Assembly: GCF_011386835.1 (NCBI RefSeq) | Contig: NC_088813.1 | Location: 10,044,001-10,108,000, forward strand | Direction of reading: 5' to 3' | From: Chrysemys picta bellii | Lineage: Eukaryota | DNA: 64,000 bases | In this document: positions 1 through 10,457 of the stretch, piece by piece | Position numbering within the stretch: position 1 is the first letter of the stretch | Layout: the number at the start of each line of letters is the position of its first letter | Translations under genes and position numbers: made by a program | Notes under the pieces: model-generated | What the model was told of the DNA's origin: nothing | The model's database searches: none | The model's input: only the letters and a program-made list of their open reading frames with translations

Positions 1-204
1 GACTTACCGTGGTGTTTTCACTGTGGTAAGTCGACAACTGACGCTCTCCCTTCGACTCTGCTTGCGCTCCTCGTTCTGGGGAGTACCGGAATCGACGGGA
101 GAGCGCTCAGTGGTCGATTTATCGTGTCTAGACTAGATGCGATAAATCGATCCCCGCTGGATCGATTGCTGCCCGCCGATCCGGCGGGTAGCGTAGACAA
201 GCCC
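1..204. mobile_element. Harbinger-type non-autonomous DNA transposon (MITE), left end cut by the window edge
   Basis: Ends in gtagcgtagacaagccc followed by TTA. This TIR matches the ggg(c/t)nngtctacact family seen at other loci in the window. Internal CpG-rich hairpins, e.g. tcgatttatcgtgtctag-actagatgcgataaatcga. Confidence 0.7.
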
Positions 205-778
205 TTAGTTTGGCCCTGTGTGTTGCGTTCATCACCTGTTGGTCTGCTGAGTGGATGTCTTGTAGCCGAGTCAGTCTCCAGACTCCAAACACCTGCCTGC
301 AGCGTGCCAGCCTGTGTCTTCTACCCTTTGCCTCAGCGTGGCTTCCCTGGGCCAGTTCAGTGCCAACCATGGAAACTCCTGCAAAGATTCAAGCTGACTA
401 CAGCCCTGCATTACGTACTGCTGCCTTTGGGCTGGGCTCCAGTGCTCGGTCGCTAAGGCGTGTCACTTACTCGTTAAGCAGCATCTCCCAGCATCAAGAC
501 AGCAACACAACCTAAGAACAACTTCGCCCGCATACCAGGAAACCAGCTCCTTACCAGCCATGGAATGCAGGAGCAGATCACTCAGCGACCAGACAGCCAT
601 CCCTCCAGAGCGGAGTGTGCCATGTAGGAGGACCTACATCCAACCCTGGACCTACATCCAACCCTGGCCCCATTCTGTGCTGCCTGGCGCCAGCAGCTAG
701 GACCACCTGTCCGAATATTGAACTGGTCCCATTTTATGAACCCTTTGAAAACCACTTATAAATGGAAACTGAATGTAA

Positions 779-868
779 AAGCAAGGAAGAGTCCTTGTGG
801 CACCTTAGAGACTAAGACATTTATTTGGGCATAAGCTTTCGTGGACTAAAACCCACTTCATCAGATGA
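779..868 (-). mobile_element. Penelope-like element terminal-repeat fragment with hammerhead-like core
   Basis: ttgtggcaccttagagactaa...gcataagctttcgtggactaaaacccacttcatcagatg is homologous to the terminal repeat attached to the GIY-YIG ORF at 25.6-25.75 kb. Confidence 0.8.
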
Positions 869-1069
869 GTCCCACAAGTGGTTTGTAACCATCCATAGTA
901 CCGTCTGCTGATGTGCCTAATAACAAACTAGAACACGTTTCCTCATGTCTGTCATATGCTTATAACAATTATTAATCGTTTAACCCTCCATAGAAACCAT
1001 TTACCCCTGGACCCTGTAATATAAAGTGTGACCCTTGATGAGTTGATTTCATCCATAGCTCCCAAAGCT

Positions 1070-1270
1070 GGGTACCGTTGTCCCCATTTTACAGGTGAGG
1101 AAACTGAGAGACAAAGGCCCAGATCCTCACAGGTATGTAGGGCCAATGAAATCAATGGGAGGTAGGCACCTAAATACTTCTGAGCATCTAGGCCAATGTG
1201 ACTTGCCCAGAGTCACGCAGCTGGTGAGTGGTAGAGCCAGGAGTCTTTGGAGTCCCAGTCCACTGAACTG
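1070..1270 (-). mobile_element. MIR-type core SINE interrupted by a ~80-bp palindromic MITE (~1116-1195)
   Basis: Core ccccattttacaggtgaggaaactgag...tgacttgcccagagtcac is split by ggcccagatcctca...tgagcatctaggcc. Confidence 0.6.
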
Positions 1271-2726
1271 TCCACTTGCATTCCAAGCTCCTGTGGCTGG
1301 CCTAACCAGGGCTTCATGTTGGAAGCAGATCCGCAGCGGTGGAGGTTCTTGACCTTGGACCTGAAAGGTCAGAGATGATCAGGTATCCTAAAGGAATGAG
1401 GTCAGGTCGGGTTAATTCTCTCATTGCCCTGAAGCACAACTTAAATCAGCAAAACCTCCACCCCAGCCTCTCTCATTTCAAAGCATTTCTGCCTATTTAT
1501 ATGGTACTCACACCCCTACCCCTCCCACCTCAACCTGGCGCTAGGGTGCAGCACAGTTTATAACTGTGCTTGTTTATTACATATAGTGTTGCCATAGCAG
1601 CAATCCCGTTTGACTCTCTCTAAACAATGGCTGGAGTTTGATGTTGTAAGCGGAACTTTATTTTCATGAGCTGGCTGCAGTGTCTGTGTATTGCTATCCT
1701 CTTGCTGGTTGGAATCCAAACTGTGTGTCATTGGCCCTATACTGCCCACACCTCACAGGAGATTCTCTTTTTTTTTTCGTGGGAGTGGCAGCAGGCTGTT
1801 GGAACAGGAGGATCAAAGAGCCAATCCAATTGTGACATGCTGAATGGCCCTGGTGTGAAGCATGGTGACATGATTTAAGGCGGTCAGACATGCCATTGTG
1901 TGGTTCTGCTGCCTGGCATCTTACAGGGAAGGGATATTTCCTTCTTGTCATCGGCCTCCTGTGGATCAATAGAGGCAGGTTGTCTGTCAGCAGGATGGTC
2001 CCCAGCAGCCCTCTTCTGGTTAGGCAAAGCCTTCCCAAATGTCAAGTTTAAGCTTTGAGCCAACTCCACTCAGCAGGAGTTCTTTTTCTTTTGGCCGCCT
2101 GTGTGCTCCAGGCCAGGCATGCGGACGGGTGACTCAGATGCAGAGAGAGGGAACAAAGAGGACGGGTGAGGCTGAAGTGAGGAGGAAAGAGACTGGGGTG
2201 GATGAGAAAAGGAGGGAGGAGTAAAAATGGAAAGCCATGGAGAGAAGAGGTTTGAGATGGGGGGAGAAAGACCAAGAAGAGAAGGAACAGTCAAGGGGGA
2301 GAAAGAGGATGGAATGGAGCTAAGCGTGAAGAGCTTCCAAGAAGCTCAACCCAGTGGGCGTGGAGCTCTTCTGAAAATCTGGCCCCATCTGTGGGTGCTG
2401 AGCCCTCAGAAATCTGACCCTGAGCTCTTGAAAATCTGGCCCATAGCAACTTGCTGTCTTTGGCAACCAGGGGCCACCTTCACAAGCTGGGACGGGGTAG
2501 GGTGTGTGTGGGGGGTGTCTCTCACTAATGCACAATTTGGAGGGTGCCTGGCGTAGCAGTGATGCCCTCTGCATCCAAATGAGAATGGTCAGCTCTTATC
2601 CAGGTGAAATGCATCATTCATGTTCCCCCTTTTTTTTTTTTAGTGCACTTTATAGTTTGTTGCAATTAGTTCATTTAATCCGGTTCCATGGAAACGGAGC
2701 TGGTGGCCAGAAACAGTCACTCTCCT

Positions 2727-3190
2727 GGACTCAGCCATAGCACCTCCAGCTGTGATCTCATTAGGTTTCATGAGCTAAGCAGTGTTGGCTTGGTTAGCGC
2801 TTGTCTCGGAGACCGTCCAGGAACACCTAGGTGTTGCAGGACATGGTGCTGGATGAATCATTCAGGGCGCTAACGCTGGGGGGCTGTGCTGCCAGAGGGC
2901 CGGTATTTCAGGTGACACATAAAACCGAGACACTCCCTTGCTTGTTGTTAAGGTTCCCTATGTGCAGGAGTTGGGTGTTTGGACACTGAGTTGAATTACA
3001 CTCCAACTTGGGTAATTATGTCGGACTTCTAAATTCACCCTTGTGATCTCATTCACCCCCTTTCTAAAAATTCGAATACCGCATTGGTGCGTGCTGTTAA
3101 ACAGCTGGCGTGTTCCACCTCAGAGGGAGTTGCACATCAGCCGTGGGGCACTTGAGTAAGTGTAACGTCCCAGCCATGGTGAGTCTAGAG
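2727..3190 (+). mobile_element. AmnSINE1-like element (5S rRNA-derived head plus Deu domain), near full length
   Basis: Head cagccatagcacc...gatctc...gagctaagcag...ttggttag...ggagacc...gtgttgcagg is colinear with 5S rRNA. It is followed by taaaaccgag, ctccaacttgggtaatta and gctgttaaacagctggcgtgttccacctcagagg, which match the Deu domain as I recall it. Confidence 0.7.
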
Positions 3191-4824
3191 AGGTTCTGGT
3201 GCTGAACACGGTTGTGGTTTTTTCGACGTGCCTGGATCTGGATCTGAGATTCCTGGCTCAGGGGGAGGGGGCAGCTAGCTTGAAGTGCCTTTCAGTCCGA
3301 TTTGCAGAGCAGCCATCCTTCTCTGCCACTGACGCACACGGCTCCCCAGTGCACATTTAAACAGAACTGAGAGCCTGGCAGGCAACTGGGCAAGCTCACC
3401 ACAGGCTGACAGCGCACGGAGGATAGGACTTCCCCAACCTGCTTCTCCATAAGAGGAACGGTTGAGCCACCACAGTGACGGGGCCAGGCAGCCCCCCATC
3501 CTCCCCTCCCTATTGCTCCATAAGAGGAAAAAGAGAGAGGGGCCCCCTGCTTGGCTCCCTTGGCACATTCCATTCCTGCCTGTCACGGACCAATATAGCC
3601 ACCAGCATCACTCCACACACACGCCAGAGGTGCTGAGGCAGGCTGGAAGGAATTCAGCTGCAGTAAGTGCTCAGACACTCAAGGCCCAGCCACCACAAAT
3701 GAGGCGCGCCTCTCATTTGGAACCAGGATCCGATCCAAATGCCATGGGCTTTGGGATTCTCAACTGGGAACTGGAAGCATGTCTGGGTGAGAGAGAACTA
3801 TCGCCATTTACAAATGGCACCCGCAGGATTCCCAACCCCAGGGTGCTTCATGAGCAGTGTTTAGGAATCTCTTCCTCCCCCGCCCACCCCCCGATGCAGC
3901 TGCTTCTGGGGTGGAATACTGGAGCAGTTTAACAGCCCACGGCAAACCAAGTTAGTGCAGGAAGTGAAGCATAAGGTATCCGATTAAAACTGCTATGGAA
4001 ACATAAGGAGGTGAATGTAATAACGCGAACTGGAATTTATCCAGGACGCTGGTGATTATTAATCCTTTCCATGAGCAAGGGCTATCCTGGTCCCACCTGG
4101 TGTGGAGAGGTTGGGCTGCTTGTGACAGCTGTCAAAGGGTTAATTAACTCTGAGCGGTCAGGTAGTTAGGTAACAGTGCCCTGCCCTTGGGTTATTTTCA
4201 GCCAAAGAGGTTTGTTCTCACCATGTCATGCTTCTAACTTTGTTTGAGTGGCTGGCTGTGTTGAGAGTCAACATCTCGCTGTGAGACGACTGTGCCACAT
4301 CTTCACAAAAATCATGCATGGGTTGGGGCCACATCAAAACATCATGAGATCGGCTTCAAAATCATGAGATTTTTTTACTTTTTTTTTTAAATTACTTTGT
4401 GGATGTTTTAGTATCTGCCCTCTGCTTGCTGTGTCTTTAGCTTGCCCTCGCATCAGGTTTTCACGGGTTGCTCCACAACCATAAGAACTAGAAACTTGCT
4501 TTTTTGTGATATCCTGAGATTGTTACCTAATCACCCAGCTTCGGGAGCTGGGGCTTTAAGAAAAACACCAAGTAGCATGAGAAACGGCAACCCAAAATCC
4601 CCAGTGGTCTCAAATTTCCTTGTGTAGTTCAACTGATCTCCCTTAATAAATACAGGAGATGAGGTTGTTGTTTTTCTCCCTCTCTCTCTTCCCTAATTCC
4701 CTGTGACAGCCATGGATCTACTGTGTAATAAGTTATGAATACTGCATGTGACTGGCTACAAGGTGTTTTTTTGTTTGTTTGTTTGTTTTATTGTATGGAC
4801 ATTGTTTGTCACGTGGGAAAACAA

Positions 4825-5195
4825 GCCCTGGTCTACACTACAGAGTTAAGTCACCACACGCTGTCCTGTGTCGCCCTAATTCTCTAAGTGTCTAGACTAA
4901 AATTTCACTCCCGCCAACATAACTCGCCCTCTACACCAACTTAACAACTCACTTCTACGGTGGCACAGAGTGAAGATTGATGTATTTAGGTCGATGCAGT
5001 GTCAGTGTAGACACTGTTGCTTACATCGACTGGTGCTGGCTTTCAGAAGCCATCCCACACTGACAGTTCAAGCTGTGTAGGTGCTCCAGGTGAGGACATG
5101 CACTGCCGACACAAGGAGCCAAGTGTAGACGTGCAGAAGTGATGTAATGCTGATCGTAAATTAGGTCAACTTAATTTTGTAGTGTAGACATGGCC
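4825..5195. mobile_element. Harbinger-type MITE (371 bp)
   Basis: TIRs gccctggtctacacta / tagtgtagacatggcc; 3-bp TSD caa on both sides. Confidence 0.75.
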
Positions 5196-8100
5196 CAAGC
5201 AGGAAGAATAAAGAATGGCTCAGGATAAGCCATCTCCTGGTAAATGCTTCAGGGTTAAGAGACCATGCCCGAAATATTAGCTGTGAAGATCCTACCTCCA
5301 GGCCAGAGATTAACCTGTCATCCTGCTCACTCGCTCCTGTCCCAAGCCTCTCTTTTCTTCTCCCAAGCAACCTTCCTTAAACAGGATTTGAGGGTTGGTT
5401 TGTTTTCCCAGTACAGCTGTGTCCCTGTCCACCCCCATCAAGCTGCACACCTGTGTTAATATTGGTGCATTCTGGGAAAATCTGGTCCATACTGCCTGAG
5501 TGGTGGGTGCCATGGAAAGACAATCATGGCTGTTTTCCCATGCGGTGAAGTGACCTTTGGCATGTCCTCCTGCCCGGAGCCATAGGAGACGGGAATGGAT
5601 CCGTGTTAGTGCCACCGCCCTGGTTAGGAATTCTGTGCTAACCACGCGTGCCATGTCGGAACCGAAACTGTAGCCTGGGCAAGGCCTTGAAATCGATGTT
5701 TATTGCACTAACGCTCTGTGATGCCTACAACCAACTTGGCAATGGCTAGGCAACTTGTGGGCTGGGACAGCTGCTTACCGTGCTGATCGGATTGTCTTTG
5801 TTACCTTGTTCTTTCCCCAGCTATTTGTTGTATCTACCTGTTCTCACCTCTTATACTTGGATTGTAACTGTCTCATCAGGGCAGGCCATCTCTTTGATCT
5901 GTGTTTATACAGCACCTAGCACCGCGGGGTCCTGCTCCATGACTGCGGCTCCTACGCATTATCCACTAGACTAGAGAAATAAAAACTGTGAGGCTGGCCT
6001 GCAAAGCTCAATGCTGAGTTAAAAGCATTTGCCGTTGCTGGATTTCTTGCGCCTTTCCCTCACAGGTCCCTGTCTAGCCATGAGCCTGAGCAGTTCTGCA
6101 CAATTCAGTCTCTCCATCACCCGAGCGCTTTCACGCCTCACGTTCCTGGGAGCGAAAGGGGAGGGGGGCAGGGGACTCCCTCCGTGTAGTGCGCAAGACT
6201 CATCTCTGAGGCTGTCCAGGGCTCCTGACAGAAATGCTTCCTCTGGACAAGGCAGCAGTTCCTGCCAAAAGGCATTAATAATGCCCGTAATGTAAACCAC
6301 TCCGAGCTGCTGGAAGGGGCTGCCTGGCCGCAGCATGAGTGATGGAGTGCGATCAGATTCGGGCAGCCAGATTGAACGAGATGAGCCTCCCATTCCTGCC
6401 TGCCTTGTGCAGCTGCTATTCTAAGGGATGCACTCAGGAGCGTTAAGCCAACTAGCCAGGGCAGGGGACAAGGGTGCGATTTGAACCCTCAGAAAAGTCT
6501 CTAGATTCGAACCAGAACCTACAACTTCTACGTTCTCTGGAACTGCTGCAGTCTGGTTTTTTTTTTTTGTTTTTTTTTTTGTTTTTTTTTTTACAGATCA
6601 ACATCCCCTTCCCAGGCTTCTTGGAAGCAGGGCCACAAGAATCGGAGTTCTCGAACCTCCACTTAGCAGGAGGAACGTGGGGCTGGATTAGTGCATTTCC
6701 CTTAAATAACTGGTTCAAATTATGGGGAAACTTTTTTCAAAACACAATGCGTGGTGGGGGAGGCCAAAACCCCGGTTCTGCCAGTTTCTCCCCTCCCCAA
6801 AACGCTGTGTCAGGGTTGAAAGCCACAGCCAGGCTGAAGTGGGGGTGGGGGGTGGGCACACTGTGCCAATAGACGGCTGAGGCATGAACAATGCATTCTG
6901 GGATACCAGCCGGTGCCTGGGGGGTGGAGCCATTCCCTGACCACACCCACCCAGTCCTGGGTGGGATGCATGCCTGTGTGTCACACTAATATAATCAAGG
7001 TGTGAGGCTTTCTCAACCAAGGGGCTGGATGTGTGGGTAGAGCAGGTGGGCTGACCTGGGGGACATGCTCCTTGGTTCTCTGGATGTTTCCTACTTGAGC
7101 CATGGCAGCTGAAGTCTTGGTGCTGGCACTGATTTCCCCTGCTGGTGTAAACCATACCCACTCCATGCGTAGGAGCCGCTATTTGTCACCCCATGGCCCT
7201 GCGGAGGGTGCTGGCACCAGGGCCAGAACCTGGCACCTGTGGATCTAAACGCATGAGTCTCTGCCTGAGCTTAAAAGGCCCACCCTGCTATATGTGGCCC
7301 AGCCACCAACAGAGAGGCCAGGGCGGTGCACTGAGTGGGTGAGAGTTACACAGGCCTGGGGACTTTCCATGCCTGCCCCATTAATGTGACCCAAACCGGG
7401 TCACCATCCATATACCTAACTACCCCATGAGCTCAATGCTCTGCTTCCACCTGCAGGGCCGTGGAGGGGTCGCGCGGCTGGTCCGCTGAGTGCTGAAGCG
7501 GTTAAACCAGGCCGGATGCCAGGAGCAGAAAGGCCAGGGAATTAGGTCCATTAACTTTCAGACAAAACAAACTGATTTCTAAGGTTTAACCGGATCAGTG
7601 ACTTAAGGAGCTTAGGTGGGAAGAGGAACTAGCACAAGCCAAGCTTAGCACAGTAACACAAGTAGAAGGAGGGGCGGTGGGGATCAGATAGACCGGCAGA
7701 AATAGGCTCCTGATACGTGGCAACCTGTCACCGAGTTGGGCACAGGCTGACACGTGGCCTATCCCACCTACACCCTCTTCCCTTGGGAGAGGCTGGTGCT
7801 GCCCTCAGGGACCTGCAGCTCTGGCTGGTGGCGCCGCTTGTCAGGCCAGGAGAGCTGTCAGCATTGAAATGGTTAGACGGGTGTGAGGAACCAGAAAGGG
7901 GGAGACAGGGAAGAGGAGAGGAAGAGTGACGGAGCAGGGACACTGGCGTTTGGCACATTGTACTCACCCTAGGGCTCTGAGGACACCCGTATAAGACGGC
8001 AGACAATGATGGGGAAGTGGAAGAGGAGAGAGAATGAGAGGAAAAGCAAGAGAGGCCTTTGTGGGTCACTTATTGAGGGCAAAATAAGGAGAGCTCTCGA

Positions 8101-9399
8101 CACAGAAGAAACGGGTCTGCACCCAGCTTATGCTTGGCTGACCTTCGCTGGGCTGTAACTTCCCCCACAGACAGGGAATTCCATTAAGGAGACTCATATG
8201 CCTGCCTCTGCAGCGTGGGCCACTGGCCACTATCTGAGATGGGACCCTGGGGTAAATGGACCCTAAGGCTGATCCCATGTGGCATCCCCTCTGTTCTTAT
8301 TCCCTTTGACTCACTCCGAGCCTGGGGGCAAGTTGCTCGGCCACCGTTTCCCCATCTGTAAAATGGGGACACTGATCCCGACCTGCTTGTCTGAGGTGTT
8401 GAGGCTCATGGGCTTTGAGAGCCGTGGGCCAGAAGGGCAGAGACTCAGTGCTGGTTGTGTGGTTTTTGTTAATAGCTAGAAGAATTCCTGGAGTCATAAA
8501 GGTCCCTCTTCCTGCATTTTGGGAGCACAGGCCTGATGGGTACTCCAGCAACACATCACCTTCTTGGATCTAATCTGTAATGTCTGCATCCTCCCTGCTT
8601 ACGCTGCAGAGGGATTTGTAAGAAACTCGATGGTTTCTAATCCCACGGTCCTTGGGGCGGACTGACTCAGCAGCTCGCTTCTATCTGGCTGGGACTGGCA
8701 GTTGTGAAAGAACCAATGCAGTAGTCATGGGGTGTGGTCCCGGAGGGAGCTGTCATGTCCCCAGCTCTCCCAGAACCTGACCCAAAGCATCTGACTTTGC
8801 AACACTTCAGCGTGGGATATTCCTCCCTGGCCCCCCTCCAGAGACCAGTTCACACCCTGAAGCAGTACGGACAGGGAGCCCTGATTTTTTTATTTTATTT
8901 TTTTATATCTTGGTGTCACATAAGAACAGCCATACTGGGTCAGATCAATGGTCTACATAGCCCACTACCCTGTCTACCAACAGCGGCGACTGCCAAATGC
9001 ATCAGAAGGAATTAAGAGAACAGGGCAAATATCAAATGATTCATCCCCTTTCGTCCAATCCCAGTTGCTGGCAGTCAGAGGTTTAGGGACACCCAGAGCA
9101 GAAGATCTGCTGACCATCTTGGGTAATAGCCATGGAGAATAGGTCCATCAATGAACTTCTCCAATTCTTTTTTGAACCCAGTTATCCTTTTGGCCTTCAC
9201 AGCATCCTCTGGCAACCAGTTCCACAGGAGGATTGTGCGTTGTGTGAAGAAATACTTCCTCATGTTTGTTTTATACCTGCTGCCTATTAACTTCATTAGG
9301 TGACACTGGTTCTTTTGTTATGTGAAGAAGTAAATAACATTTCCTTGTTTTCTCCACACCATTCTTGATTTAATAGATCTCTATCAGAATCCTCCTTAG

Positions 9400-9527
9400 T
9401 GGGTGACCAGACAGCAACTGTGAAAAATCGGGACGGGGGTAGGGGGTAATAGGAGCCTATATTTAAAAAAAAAAAAGACCCAAAAATCGGGACTGTCCCT
9501 ATAAAATCGGGACATCTGGTCACCCTA
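9400..9527. mobile_element. hAT (Blackjack-type) MITE nested in CR1
   Basis: t(a)gggtgaccag...ctggtcacccta TIRs; perfect 8-bp TSD ctccttag at 9392-9399 and 9528-9535. Confidence 0.9.
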
Positions 9528-10172
9528 CTCCTTAGTCATCTCTTTTCTGAGCTGAACAGTCCCAGTCATTTTAATCTCTCATCATATGGAAGCTGTTCTA
9601 TACCCCTAATCATTTTGGTTGCCATTCTCTGTACTTTTTCCAATTCCAATATTTTTTGTAAGATGGGGTGACCAGAACTGCACACAGTATTCAAGGGGTG
9701 GGTGTACCATGGAGTTATGTAGTGGCATTATGATATTTTCTGTCTTGTTGTCTATCCCTTTCCTAATGGTTCCTGACATTGTTAGCCTTTTTGACGGCTG
9801 CTGTACATCCGAGCAGATATTTTCAGAGAACTTTCCACAATGACTCCAAGGTCTCTCTTGAGTGGTAACAGCTAATTTAGATCCCATCGTTTTGTATGTG
9901 TAGTTGAGATTGTTTTCCAACATGCATTACTTCACATTTAGCAACACTGAATTTCATCTGCCATTTTGTTGCCCAGTCACCCAGTTTTGTGAGATCCCTT
10001 TGTAACTCTTCGCAGTCAGCTTTTGGATTTAGCAATCTTGAGTAATTTTGTATCATCTGCAAACTTCATCCGTTTACCCCTTTTTCCAGATCATTTATGA
10101 ATATGTTGAACAGCACTGGTCACAATACAGATCTGTGGGGGACGCCGTTATTTACATATCACGTTTGTCTAA

Positions 10173-10457
10173 GGCCTTGGCTACACTTACCCGCTAGTTC
10201 GGCGGCTGGCAATCGAACTTCTGGGTTCGACTTATCGCGTCTAGTCTGGACGCGATAAGTCGAACCCGGAAGTGCTCGCCGTCGACTGCAGTACTCCAGC
10301 TCGGCGAGAGGAGTACCGCGGAGTCGACGGGGGAGCCTGCCTGCCGAGTGTGGACCAAGGTAAGTTCGAACTAAGGTACTTCGACTTCAGCTACGTTATT
10401 CACGTAGCTGAAGTTGCGTACCTTAGTTCAAATTAGGGGGGTAGTGTAGACCAAGCC
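10173..10457. mobile_element. Harbinger-type MITE with three internal hairpins, nested in CR1
   Basis: TIRs ggccttggctacact / agtgtagaccaagcc; flanks taa/tca; CpGs largely intact. Confidence 0.8.

Noticed and set aside
631-666. Perfect 18-bp tandem duplication gacctacatccaaccctg
   Set aside because: A simple local duplication with no sign of function.
2727-2840. 5S rRNA-like sequence
   Set aside because: Heavily diverged and joined to a Deu domain, so it is a SINE head rather than an rRNA gene.
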